From: Macrostomum lignano
Lineage: Eukaryota
Direction of reading: 5' to 3'
Length of the DNA stretch: 64,000 nucleotides
NCBI GenBank assembly: GCA_002269645.1
Contig: NIVC01002443.1
Location: 109,228 to 173,227 of the forward strand
Shown here: positions 36,001-48,294 of the stretch, piece after piece
Position numbering within the stretch: position 1 is the first letter of the stretch
Layout of the letters: each line of letters opens with the position of its first letter
Program-made: the position numbers and the translations under genes
Notes under the pieces: model-generated
The model's input: only the letters and a program-made list of their open reading frames with translations
The model's database searches: none
What the model was told of the DNA's origin: nothing

Positions 36001-38105
36001 GGGTGCCAATATGGGTAGAGGTCAATATGGGTTCTAGAGGTTGATATTGGGTTCTAGAGGTCGACATTGAATTGTAGAGGTCGACATTGAATTGTAGAGG
36101 TTGATATTGGGTTCTAGAGGTCAATATTGGGTCCTAGAGGTCGATATTGGGTTCTAGATGTCGACATCTGGTTCCAGAGGTCGATATTTTTGGGTCTAGA
36201 GGTCAATATTGATCCAGAGTCGATATTGGGTTCTAGAGGTCAATACTGGTTCTACAGGTACTGGAGTTATTAGAGGTCGATACTGGTTCTAGAAGTCCAT
36301 ATTGGTTTTAGAGGTCGATATTGGTTCTAGAGGTCGATATTTGGTTCTAGAGGTCGACATCTGGTTTCAGAGGTCGACATCTGGTTTCAGAGGTCGACAT
36401 TGTGTTCTAGAGGTCGATACTGGGTTTTAGAGGTCAATATTTTGTTCTAGAGGTCGATATTGGGTTCTAGAGGTCAATATTGGTTCAATAGGTCGACATT
36501 CGTTTCTAGAGGTCGATATTGGGTTCTATAGGTCGATAGTGGGTTCTAGAGGTCGATATTGGGTTCTAGAGGTCGATATTGGGTTCTAGAGATCGATAAA
36601 GGGTTTTTTAGACGTTTAGCCAATGGGTTCTAAAGGTCCCTATAGATCGCTGTGACTTCTAGAGGCTGCTTTGTGGGTTCTAGATGTCGATTTGGACTTT
36701 AGACGTCAGTAAATGGGTTTTAGAAGTCGATGTTGAATTCCCAGAGACGTCGATATGAGATTCTAAAGATCAGTAATGAGTTTGAGGCTGAGGGTATCTA
36801 GAAACTATGGGTATGGCTTTTAGATAGATAGAGTCGATATGGGTCTTAGAGGCGCAGGTTTAAGTTGAAAATACATGTAAGGTTGCGGGTGTCCGCGGAT
36901 TTCTTGACAAAAATCTGCATGCAATATCTAACATACCCAATCATTCGAGCTTTGGTTTAGACATTTTCATTAGCCTCGGCTGTCTGCTGACTCTCAAGAA
37001 AGGTTAGCTTTCACTGACAGCTGACTAGCGCTGTGCAGTTTTAACAAAGTTCATCAACGGTCGGTCTAGGGTTTTAAATCGAGGAAATAATACAGTAGAA
37101 TAAAAAATATTGCCGATAGGAAATCAGGGTTTCAGGGTATCAGGACTCACACACTGAAAAAACGTGTCAGAACCCAGACAGACATTTAAAAATGTCAGGA
37201 CCCAGAGAGACGCTCAGAAAGGGTATCAGGACCCAGAGAGACGCTCAGAAAGGGTATCAGGACCCAGAGAGATGCTCAGAAAGGGTATCAGGACCCAGAG
37301 AGATGCTCAGAAAGGGTATCAGGACCCAGAGAGACGCTCAGAAAGGGTGTCAGGACCCAGAGAGATGCTTCGAAGGGGTGTCAGGACCCAGGGAGACGCT
37401 TCGAAAGGGTGTCAGGACCCAGAGAATCACTAGGAAAGGGTGTCAGGACCCAGACAGACGTTAGGAAAGGGTGTCAGGACTCAGCTAGAGACACGGAGAA
37501 AGGGTTTTTTATGTCGCGCTTCATCACTCCAGTCACTTACGTAGCTTTATACACGCCCTGCCAACCTAAAAACGCATCCAGGACCAACAAACAACATTGC
37601 GGTGTCCCCTCTACAACGCTCCCTACCGGCTAGCGCCAGAAACCTCAAGCACATGGCCACTCATGGCGATGTTAAAGCAGCCGATGACACCGACAACTGC
37701 TGGCACAGCAGCCGTGCGGGCTCGCCAGTGCAGCAATACCAACGCGACGAGGCCATCCGTGAGCGTTATCCGGTCAATAGACGCCAGGACGCAAGCGGAC
37801 GCGTTAATAAATGTAGGCAACGCACACTGCATCGAACTCTGTGCTTCTGCAGTCTGGAGTACGGCGAAATCACCGCTGCAAGAGAGGAGTCGCTCGGTAG
37901 AGAAGGGAGTCCAGCGGATCGAGACGACCTAATTAGGACGCCCCTGGCACAGCCGCACGCGCCCAGAGGCGGCTACCGGGAGGGTGTCAGCAAGGACTGG
38001 CAGTTGGTCAGCCTGGCCGCTGATCGCCTGTTCTTCTGGCTATTCGTAGTCGCCTCCGCGTTGCTGCAAGCGTTCATCTTCTGGGATGTGTCGTTTGTTC
38101 AGTAG
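27091..38105 (+). CDS. Cys-loop ligand-gated ion channel, nicotinic acetylcholine receptor alpha-like subunit (predicted cation-selective)
   Basis: Exons 27091-27178 (signal peptide MSPNSSLAKRLMPLLMFINIGLLMLLPLQA, phase 1), 31604-31869, 33028-33072, 33176-33285, 33503-33683, 34058-34418, 35616-35867, 37582-38105. Cys-loop CEFDIELFPFDSQIC, loop-C vicinal CC, M1-M4, GEK before M2. Confidence 0.9.
27697..27778 (+). mobile_element. CORE-SINE 3' fragment
   Basis: tggtgccagcattagctggggtaatt...cagtccttggactgaacagccgtacgcag matches the copy at 57925-58172. Confidence 0.7.
28100..28660. repeat. 16-bp minisatellite (gagtttgtgaagattc), nAChR intron 1
   Basis: Tandem units; explains ORF 28215..28781. 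Confidence 0.9.
29340..30600. repeat. 12-bp satellite (catgaactcact), ~105 units, nAChR intron 1
   Basis: Reverse complement of the 9318-10170 array; explains the MSEF, HELT and MNSL ORFs. Confidence 0.97.
33738..33950 (-). mobile_element. CORE-SINE, near full length
   Basis: Reverse complement gives a tRNA-like head (gtagtctagtgg...ggttcgattc) plus the CORE segment. Confidence 0.8.
34501..35520. repeat. 22-bp minisatellite (tagctatcaaagaggaattccc), ~40 direct units then ~4 inverted units
   Basis: Direct array to ~35395, short spacer, inverted copies 35431-35520. Confidence 0.92.
35930..36660. repeat. ~20-bp minisatellite (tagaggtcgatattgggttc)
   Basis: Degenerate tandem units. Confidence 0.9.
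37170..37480. repeat. 31-bp minisatellite (gggtatcaggacccagagagacgctcagaaa)
   Basis: Tandem units; explain ORFs 37164..37433 and 37192..37464. Confidence 0.9.
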
Positions 38106-38561
38106 CTAGGCATAGACTCGATGTCAAATACCTTTTCGAGGTTGCGTTGACGTCTGACGATTAGAAAGTCAGGGCCGCTTTGCACCCTTCTAAATGTAAA
38201 TAGAAGGACTTTTGAATATATATCCAGCACAGATCGTAAGGTGGGGAACAGAGCACTGGGGGGCCTTCACAGAATTTACTTTAGGGCAGACGCTCCTTTA
38301 TTCTCATCGTTCTGGTACGAGCTTAAGACTAAAAAACCTAGCTACGAGTATTTATTACCATTATTAGTATACTTTTTTGCGAACTAGTTGGCCAAAACTG
38401 CAATAAATTTTTCCCGCGGAAAATATCACTTATAATTTTGCTGTCTAGGCCAAGTCTGTTCAGTCATGACCAGAGTTTCAGCCACAGACAACTCTTTGAA
38501 AACTGCAATCAATTTTGCCAAAACTGCGACCTAGTTTGCCCATAGCAATCCAAGAAGAATT

Positions 38562-38855
38562 TTATTGAGAATCAATTCGGAAGTGTGACGAAATAAACTG
38601 TAACAGTGAACAATAAAAAGAACAATAAATGCTCTCAATCATAGCATTGTTAAGGGACCTCCGCTTGGCACCTCCGCGAGGCAGAGGCTCTATACGACCG
38701 GTTGCGTTGAATTGTCCAACTATGTAAGTCACGGTTCTTCGCGAGATGCCCAATAGCCTACCGAAATCTTGCCAGTCCTCTCCATCCTGATATGCTTGAA
38801 TCAATCGCTGCCGGTCCTTCGCTGAAATCCTGTTATAAGGTCCACGCTGGGCCAT
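38562..38855 (-). pseudogene. Truncated Tc1/IS630-like transposase (N-terminal HTH only)
   Basis: YNRISAKDRQRLIQAYQDGEDWQDFGRLLGISRRTVTYIVGQFNATGRIEPLPRGG; no DDE domain present. Confidence 0.75.
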
Positions 38856-39022
38856 TCTTTGATCTTGCTATGTATGTCTGTGGTGTTTTCTTTGCTATGG
38901 GCAAACTAGGTCGCAGCTTTTGGCAAAATTGATTGCAGTTTTCAAAGAGTTGTCTGTGGCTGAAACTCTGGTCATGACTGAGCAGACTTGGCATAGACAG
39001 CAAAATTATAAGTGATATTTTT

Positions 39023-39379
39023 TTTTATTAGAGGCAGGGGGGTTGTGTGCACCCGGGCGCACTTTAAGCGACATTGGCACACAACCGGCGAGAGGCATTG
39101 CTGCCCATTCCGCCGACTCCCCTGAGCAGGCATACAAGCGCGCGGATACGTACGCAGGCACACACTCACACAGGAGTGTACAGCGGCCCTAACTTTATAT
39201 TATCGTTAGGCATGTACACTTCACTGCGCCTTGGGGGTTGGCTCTCAAGGCCGTTACTTGCACGAGCAGAGCCAAGCCGAGATTCCAATTCAGCCCCAAA
39301 TTAATGTGACTGCACTTGGAATCGAGCCTGGGTCGCTGGCACACCAGAGCAGCTGCGCTACCGCTGGGCTACGGCCCCC
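39023..39379 (-). mobile_element. tRNA-derived SINE (non-CORE), ~357 bp, with 15-bp TSD
   Basis: Head GGGGGCCGTAGCCCAGCGGT (A box) and GGCTCGATTCC (B box); AATAAAAAAAA tail; TSD ataagtgatattttt at 39008-39022 and 39380-39394. Confidence 0.88.
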
Positions 39380-41746
39380 ATAAGTGATATTTTTCCGCGG
39401 GCGAAATTGATTGCAGTTTTGGCAAACTAGATCGCAAAAAGGTATATTATCGAATAGATAAAGTTGAATAGCAATTTGATGCATGGCATGCAAGACCTCG
39501 GCAAATAAAGCAAGTTCAGAGAATGTTTTAGCAGCATTTTTCTTGTCTATTTTTGTCGACGAATGCTTGCCTGGAAAGCTTTAACAAATCTTAGGGAAAT
39601 CCGTTTAGCAAACAAACTGGAAATGGATTTTGCCGTTGAATAAGTCATGTTCAACAGTCTTCTATTCAAAGTTTGTCAAGTAAAGCCTGTTTAGTCAACG
39701 CTCAAATAAACACATTTAAAGTACAGGTGGGGATATTGATATAAATATTGTCGATTCAATGCTATTATTATACAGACGGAAAACTTTCCTAAATCAGTTA
39801 AAGCCAATTTCCGGTGAAATTAGTGAAATAAAGTGCCTGCACATGTCAGCTGTTCCAACGTGGGAGCCTTCAAAGTTTTCCAAGGAACAATAATCCCGTA
39901 CTTCAACACTTAGCTGGCTGCGGTAGGGCAGAAGTCAGTTGTGGGGATTCTTTTTAAAAGGATTTACAGATTTTCTTCATTGTACAAAACAGTAAGTGTA
40001 CCAAGAACCATCGAAGGTTACATAACACGTATATCCACTGTGTACATGAAAAGTCGATGTACAAAATATATTAAAGATTATTGAAATCATAGCTCGTAGA
40101 TTTTTACCGTAAAAAATAGATGTTCAGCGATTCAGCAACTACATGTACCGCTTTCATTCATGGAACTAGCGCCATCGCCTTTTTAATTCAAAATTAACAG
40201 TCAAACGGTCTTGATTTAAAGTACAAACTATAAATCAGTTTATAAACTGTCGATATAGTAGTTATTGTATTTCTTCTGCTACACAGAAATAGAATATAAG
40301 GGTCGTTTGTCTGTTAATTAATTAAGTAGCTAGTTTTGTTGTATAATGCAGTCTACAGCCAGTAATTTTTCGCTCCGAATAGTTGTTCGATTATCGTTTA
40401 ACGAGTATATGAATTCTTAGAATTTGTCGCTCTCTAAATAGTTCAAAGCTATACTGTTATTATTTTTGCGCTGAAGCAAAATTTTTTTTTTCAATAACTA
40501 CTTTAACTTGTTTCAGTTTGTTTAAAGCTTTGGTGCTACACTGTAGTTTATTTGTCAGTGACTATACTGAGTTCTGCAAACCTATGTTTTGCAATTGTAG
40601 TTTGTGATGACACGATCAGCACTAATTTACAATATTCAAACATCGCATCAGATAATCCTTGCTGCTGAACATTGTGCATGCATCATTTGAACTGATTCCG
40701 TGACTAAAAAAGTACATTGTGTATGCGTTAATCTAAAATAAATAATTAAACGAAATAAATTACTTTCGTGTTGCATTATTGCTTTTGCAAGATAAAACAT
40801 TTAATCAGGCAAAATAAAAGTTTATTGAAGTAATAAGCAGATTCTATTTACTCACACATACCGGTATATATACTTAAATATAGCGAATGTAGATTTAGAA
40901 AAAAATAGCTTCGCTTTGAATGCAAAACATATTCTTCATTAATTCAAAAGCAGCATTGTTATACTTTGGCAATTATGTTGAGGACGACTTAAGTACAAGG
41001 GAACCCTTGCTCTAAAAAACAAATTCTATCTACTGGTTGAGCGTGACAAATAATCTATTGCAGATTTGGGTAGTTTTAATTGTTTAGAAATTATCATTCA
41101 TTTTTAAGGATTTTTTGAAAGCGTTATAATTCTTATAATTTTAAAAAAGTATCACTTCTTTGATGAAATAAGCTTGAAAGATTGAAGACAACTGTTGATT
41201 TTTCTTAAAACTTTAGAAGATAAAGCTTTATAGAAATCAATAGAGTAAGAAATATTTTAAACGACCACAAAACAAGCATTTTTAATAAAAAAGATCGTCA
41301 AAATAATGAAACTGTTTATATATACGTATTTTTCCGAGTAAAACCCGACCATGCAATCTTAGAAGTTTTTATAAAGACGAGGTTTCCCAATCTACTTAAG
41401 CAGCGATTCCTTGAATGATACATAGTAGAGTATACATTAAAATAACAAATATTGTTATAACGGTATGTTATACACTAACACTTTGCCAGATTTCTAATAG
41501 CTATGCATGTGAAAACTGAATAAACAAACAAAATGAGATTACGGTTTTACCATTACCATATTAATGCATAAGTAATATACTTTTGTATATTATTTACAAG
41601 AAATCAATAAAAAAATTCTGCCCAAGCCTCGGATCAAAATAGTTCAGAAATACACAAAAATAGTAGGACATTCATGTGTAAGTATCATCATATTTATATA
41701 CTCTAATGAGCCTAAATAAATAATTCTAGAATAATATAACAAAAGT

Positions 41747-44700
41747 TCAAGTTGTTCTCGGCCTTCGCGCAACCACACTGACGTCACCGTCTTCGCTGGC
41801 AGTGTCGGCACTGCTCGCCCCAGTCGGAGTATTTTCCACTGCGGTTCAATAGAAAATCAAATCAATAATCATAGAAATTAAAAAAGTTATATAAGTTCTA
41901 AACTTTTATATAATCAATTTCTAATATTATCAATGATCATATATTGTTCATGTGAAAGTTGGCATAACTTCAGCATAGTGCTACTTACGTTACATTACGG
42001 ATTATAATACATAACTAATCATCCCACGCTTTAAGAACAGCCCGATGAAAACGCTACCGAGGCAAAAAAGCGTCTCAGAGAAAAGAATTACTCTAGGTGA
42101 CTCTAAAGTCGCCAAAAAGTCATCAAAGAGTCGCCGAAAAGTAAATTGTCTGGAAGCCGTGGAGTTGTATATGAGACGTTCTATAGAGTAGAGTCACTGA
42201 ATTTTGTTTAAAGCAAATTTGCATCGCTTGGTGAATTCAAGTCACATCTTTAGCCAAAGTTAAACGTCAAAATTAACAATTCTTTGATGACTCTTTTGCG
42301 ACTCTTTTTTACTATTCTTCAACTCACGAGACTTGTTTGAGTCGTTCAAAGTCACAAGATGGACAAGAATTTTATAAATAACCTAAAAGCATTACTTGCA
42401 GTCAATGACAAAAGGTGGTCTGATTTTTTTGTGTTTAAGTTTAAGAGGTTCTCTAAACATTGAAGTTACTAGGATGTCTATGCATGTTTTACTGTAGTTT
42501 TGAAATTCATAAAATTGGCAGATTTAGCGGCAAAATATGGAAATAGACAACTATCCTACTTTTAGTAAGTAATGCGCATGCACTGAGACAATTGCAATAC
42601 CAATTGATGTCAATTTAGTAATTAGTAAATGCAATAACTAATCAACTGGTTTAACAAAGCGATGAAAAAGACACTGAAGCAAGCCGAGAACCAATCAACC
42701 GTGCTATTAAAGCGAACCACCTGCCAACTGAAATATCAGAAAGAACTCACCAGTTTCTACTGTTAGTAGCAATAAATATGTTTACACATTATTAGTAGTG
42801 TCAGCGAACGGACAAGACCAATTGTAACTTACATTTATACTTTAACCAAACATATTTATAACAAAACCTAAAAAAATAATCTCCTGACACGTACACAATG
42901 CCCTGTGCAGCGGGTCCATGCCATAGTAAGGGTCGGTCTCTCGACTGCGAAATTTAAATTCACATAATTAACATATTAAAACAGAATAAGTTGTAAGAAT
43001 TTGAATTAAATAATGACAACACCGGATGTAAATAATAAAAAAATTAAATTCGATTTTTATTGAGACAGAAATATAGATAGATCTATCAGTAGCTCAATAC
43101 AAGTGAATAGGATTGGAATTAAATTGCAGACGAGCTCCTTAGACACATTAAAGCAGATAAAAAATAATGCACATTTTCTTTAAAGCAAAAAATAACTCAC
43201 ACTCGCACATTCAGTAATGCAAATAATTTCAGTGGTATATAAGAATAACTAAATGAAAGTTACTTTAAGTTTTTATATTTTTATAACTAAATAGCTATAA
43301 CTAAATAGCTACTTGATAGCAATTGGCTAATATATTTTCCCGCATAAAAGTGGGACTGTAGAAATTGTGACACTGCTTGTCACGCTTGTGACCGTCAGTT
43401 ATTAATGTGACCGTCGATGTGACACTGACACTCAAATGTGACAGTCAAATAAACTGTCACCAGTGTGACCGTCCATGTGACACTCAAAGAAACTGTCACC
43501 GCTGTGACCGTCCATGTGACGTGTGTTTGGTTGTTTTAAGCAATGGTAAAAACTAACAACTTGGTAGAGTAATACTGCCGATGCATCAATTTTTCCATCT
43601 AAAGCTGGTATTATTAAATATGTTAACTAATTACTTTGGATTTCCGTGCATGATCATTAAGTCAAATAAAGTATTTCTACGTGTGTTGTTATACACATGC
43701 ACGTACAATGTATGATATTTCAGGAGAAAACTAATAAATCAATAATATCTAATATCTAATATCTAATCACTGGTTCACTGTCTATCTCCTGCTGCATCTT
43801 CTTAGCAGCCTCCTGATACTCTAGCTGGAAACCACAAGGCGGTCTGGGCTGGTAAGGCTGACTCACTAACTTCCGAACCCTCTCCTTGCCAGAAGGTGAC
43901 TTGAACAGCCACTTATTTTTAGATAAAATATCCGAAGGCTTGTTGTCGGACATTATTGGAATGCTCCGAGAGGCAGTGATACAGCATTAAAGGTGGGTAT
44001 GACAGTTATACGACGTACTACAACTGTCAGGCAGGAGACAACACATCGACTGTCACACTTGAGTGTCACATTGACGGTCACAGCGGTGACAGTTTATTTG
44101 AGTGTCACATCGACGGTCACACTTGTGACAGCTTATTTGACTGTCACATCGACGGTCACATTTGAGTGTCACAATGAAGGGTCACATGTGATACCGTCAT
44201 TTGAGTGTCACAAAACTGTCACATAGTCAAAATGTGACAGTCCCACTTTTATACGGGTTATTTATAACCATACATATCGAATAATTTTTTTCGATACAAA
44301 TCAGCTAAAAAGTAGTTCGATACATATCGGCTTAAAGAAGCAGTTCGATACATATCGGCTAACAGAAGCATATTGATACATATCGGCTAAAATATTACTT
44401 TGATGGACGGGCTTGAGGTAATACTCGATTTATTTTGCAAAAATGCTATAAAAATAAAGTAATTTCCGATACATATCGGACAAAACTTACTTTCGTTTCG
44501 CGTGCGTGTGCAGCACAGCGAGGGCGCAGCACAGCGCCAGATGCAGACAGCCGACAGCGATGGCCAATCCGCCTAGGCCGGCATTTCGGCCGCCTAACAG
44601 GCCGGCAGTGGCCAGAACGAACGATTTGGTGCCGCCAAATCCGGCAACAGGGTAGCTGTAATTCACCAACAAACTGTAGTTTCCGGCCGGAAGTCCTTCC

Positions 44701-47700
44701 GCGTATGCACTTTTATCCGAGTGAATTAGACGGCGATGCAGTTTGCGAAATGTAGGCAGAGCGGCCACCGTCATCCAGACCTATTTATATATAATTGATT
44801 TGTATACGCTTTAGACTTATGCTGATTTACGAGTATATTACTGTCATTAAGATTAGGGATTAAGTATTAGAGATTACTGCAAGCGGATTAAGGATTAGAT
44901 ATTACTGATAGTGGATTAAGGATTAGAGATCACTGATAGTGGATTATGGATTAGAGATCACTGAAAGTGGATTATGGATTAGAGATCACTGAAAGTGGAT
45001 TAAGGATTAGAGATCACTGATAGTGGATTAAGGATTAGAGATCACTGATAGTGGATTATGGATTAGAGATCACTGAAAGTGGATTATGGATTAGAGATCA
45101 CTGAAAGTGGATTAAGGATTAGAGATCACTGATAGTGGATTAAGGATTAGATATTACTGCAGTGGATTAAGGATTAGAGATCACTGATAGTGGATTATGG
45201 ATTAGAGATCACTGAAAGTGGATTAAGGATTAGAGATCACTGATAGTGGATTAAGGATTAGATATTACTGATAGTGGATTTTGGATTAGAGATCACTGCA
45301 AGTGGATTAAGGATTAGATATTACTGATAGTGGATTTTGGATTAGAGATCACTGCAAGTGGATTAAGGATTATATATTACTGATAGTGGATTAATGATTA
45401 GATATTACTGATAGTGGATTAAGGATTAGATATTACTGATAGTGGATTTTGGATTAGAGATCACTGCAAGTGGATTAAGGATTAGATATTACTGATAGTG
45501 GATTTTGGATTAGAGATCACTGCAAGTGGATTAAGGATTAGATATTACTGATAGTGGATTTTGGATTAGAGATCACTGCAAGTGGATTAAGGATTAGATA
45601 TTACTGATAGTGGATTAAGGATTAGAGATCACTGATAGTGGATTAAGGATTAGATATTACTGATAGTGGATTTTGGATTAGAGATCACTGCAAGTGGATT
45701 AAGGATTAGATATTACTGATAGTGGATTAAGGATTAGAGATCACTGATAGTGGATTAAGGATTAGATATTACTGATAGTGGATTTTGGATTAGAGATCAC
45801 TGCAAGTGGATTAAGGATTAGATATTACTGAAAGTGGATTAAGGATTAGATATTACTGATAGTGGATTAAGGATTAGAGATCATTGAAAGTGGATTAAGG
45901 ATTAGAGATCACTGAAAGTGGATTAAGGATTAGAGATCACTGATAGTGGATTATGGATTAGCGATAGGGGATTAGGGATCCTATAAGAGACGCTTACCTG
46001 CAGTTCCTCGTCCCCAGTGTAACCTATCGGACTTCGGGCGGACTCTGGCACAGCCCAATTTGGTGGCTTAGCTGTTCCATTCCAGGTGTCTACTCGGCCG
46101 TATTTTCTAGCCACATCTGCCGACCAGCTGATACCCTTAACGGTCCATGGCACAGTTTCAAGGCTGCCAACGCGACGCATGAGCTTAAACGTATCGTTGA
46201 ACAAGCTGTTAGCCACAGCGCCGCAGGGGGCGATCCATTTGCCGTCGGCGGATGTCCGGTACGGCTCGCATTCGGCGTCCAAGTCGGAGTAGCGACGGCC
46301 CGAAAGCTGCATCCGGTCGTGCGACTTGACGTACCTGGGTGACGGGGAATGGAGCAGATTATTAGGGATAACTTATGTGGAACACCTGTTTTTGGATTAA
46401 ATGACTTCGAATGGAATTCTGGCATGTGAGTGATGGGGTTCGGAATTAGAATTGTAGGATTAAAGACACGAATTGGGGATTTGGGATTAGAAACGAATTT
46501 GGGATTCGGGGTTTAAAGACACGGATTTGGGATTTGGGGAATAAAGACACGGATTTGGGATTCGGGATTAAAGACACGGATTTGGGATTCAGGATTTAAA
46601 GACACGGGTTTGGGATTCGGGGATTAAAGACACGGATTTGGGATTCGGGGATTAAAGACACGGATTTGGGATTCAGGGTTTAAAGACACGGATTTGGGAT
46701 TTGGGGAATAAAGACATGGATTTGGGATTTGGGGAATAAAGACACGAATTTGGGATTCGGGGATTAAAGACACGGATTTGGGATTCGGGGATTAAAGACA
46801 CGGATTTGGGATTCAGGGATTAAAGACACGGATTTGGGATTCGGGGATTAAAGACACGAATTTGGGATTCGGGGATTAAAGACACGGATTTGGGATTCAG
46901 GGATTAAAGACACGGTTTTGGGATTCAGGGATTAAAGACACGAATTTGGGATTCGGGGATTAAAGACACGGATTTGGGATTCGGGGATTAAAGACACGGA
47001 TTTGGGATTCGGGGATTAAAGACACGGATTTGGGATTCGGGGATTAAAGACACGGATTTGGGATTCGGGGATTAAAGACACGGATTTGGGATTCGGGGAT
47101 TAAAGACACGGATTTGGGATTCGGGGATTAAAGACACGGATTTGGGATTCGGGAATTAAAGACACGGATTTGGGATTAAAGACATGAATTTGGGATTCGG
47201 GGATTAAAGACACGGATTTGGGATTCGGGGATTAAAGACACGAATTTGGGATTCGGGGATTAAAGACACGGATTTGGGATTCGGGGATTAAAGACACGGA
47301 TTTGGGATTCGGGGATTAAAGACACGGATTTGGGATTCGGGGATTAAAGACACGAATTTGGGATTCGGGAATTAAAGACACGAATTTGGGATTCGGGGAT
47401 TAAAGACACGGATTTGGGATTCGGGGATTAAAGACACGGATTTGGGATTCGGGGATTAAAGACACGGATTTGGGATTCGGGGATTAAAGACACGAATTTG
47501 GGATTCGGGAATTAAAGACACGAATTTGGGATTCGGGAATTAAAGACACGAATTTGGGATTCGGGAATTAAAGACACGGATTTGGGATTAAAGACATGGT
47601 CAGTTAAACAGGCTTACTTTCTGTGATTCTGGTGAAAGCTAGTCAGAGCATAGTATGCGTACACCTGCCCAGTCATAGGTTTGTCAAGCTTGAACTCCAG

Positions 47701-48096
47701 CCGGCACTGGCAGACGCTATAATTAGAATAGAATTCGGGTTTCTTCACTAGATTAGCGCACGGAGTTCGATCCCCAATGCGTTTACAATCGGTGTAGTCA
47801 ATTGATAGCTCGGATATGTTGGAATTAGCCAATAGCAAGGCCACACCAAGGCAGATAAAGGCAATCGACATGATTAAGAACACGGGAAATACTGTGCCAG
47901 CGGTTAGCAACGGTTGCCATGCTGGTAATTTCTGTTGATGAAAAGCTGACGAAGGTGGACGATTACTGGTGGCACCTGAGGCATTGTCAGCACCAGCGGC
48001 TGCTGAGTTGTTGGCACCTTCCAGATCCTCGTAATCGATGTTATCATCGTCTTCTGGGCGCACTACCGCCTGAGAATCTTCAACAGGTTCCAGCAT
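41747..48096 (-). CDS. TMEM30A: CDC50/TMEM30 P4-ATPase (flippase) beta subunit
   Basis: Core exons 47618-48096, 45998-46334, 44491-44780 (AFHQQKLPAWQPLLT, PCGAVANSLFNDTF, VWMTVAALPTFRKL). Proposed tail exons 42895-42944, 42751-42759, 41747-41838 fit in phase; read-through at 44490 stops at 44487. Core is more certain than the tail. Confidence 0.88.
43339..44257. mobile_element. Non-autonomous DNA transposon, CMC/EnSpm-like (919 bp)
   Basis: TIR CCCG(C/T)ATAAAAGTGGGACTGT, TT on both flanks, many inverted subterminal TGTGAC/GTCACA motifs at both ends. Confidence 0.75.
44840..45960. repeat. 28-bp minisatellite (gtggattaaggattagagatcactgata), CDC50 intron 2
   Basis: Tandem units. Confidence 0.95.
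46440..47595. repeat. 28-bp minisatellite (ggattcggggattaaagacacggatttg), CDC50 intron 1
   Basis: Tandem units. Confidence 0.95.
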
Positions 48097-48294
48097 GTTG
48101 AATTTTTATTAATTTTTTTGTATTGATTCAATAATTTCTTCTTGGTGGCTACATAAATTTCACGTAAATTGCGCTTTTTAAAACCAACTAACAATAAAAT
48201 TGATGTACTTTATGTACAAATACATAGCCACAATACTTGAAAACTTGTTATTTTTCCACAACACAGCCTAGCCATTTGAGAAAGTAAAAATAGG

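Larger units (their letters stand above)
38370..39444 (-). mobile_element. Tc1/mariner-type internal-deletion derivative with ~180-bp IR/DR TIRs
   Basis: Left TIR 38370-~38548 is inverted in 38885-39022 plus 39380-39444; TA flanks at 38368-69 and 39445-46; AAAACTGCAAT motif repeated within the TIR; transposase N-terminus inside. Confidence 0.85.

Noticed and set aside
39500-41740. Possible genes or ncRNA in the AT-rich stretch between nAChR and CDC50
   Set aside because: No ORF, splice pattern or recognisable RNA motif; probably 3' UTR or intergenic.
42040-42350. Possible MITE (gagtcgccaaaaagtcatcaaag and its inverse)
   Set aside because: Inverted similarity is short and degenerate; termini and TSD could not be defined.
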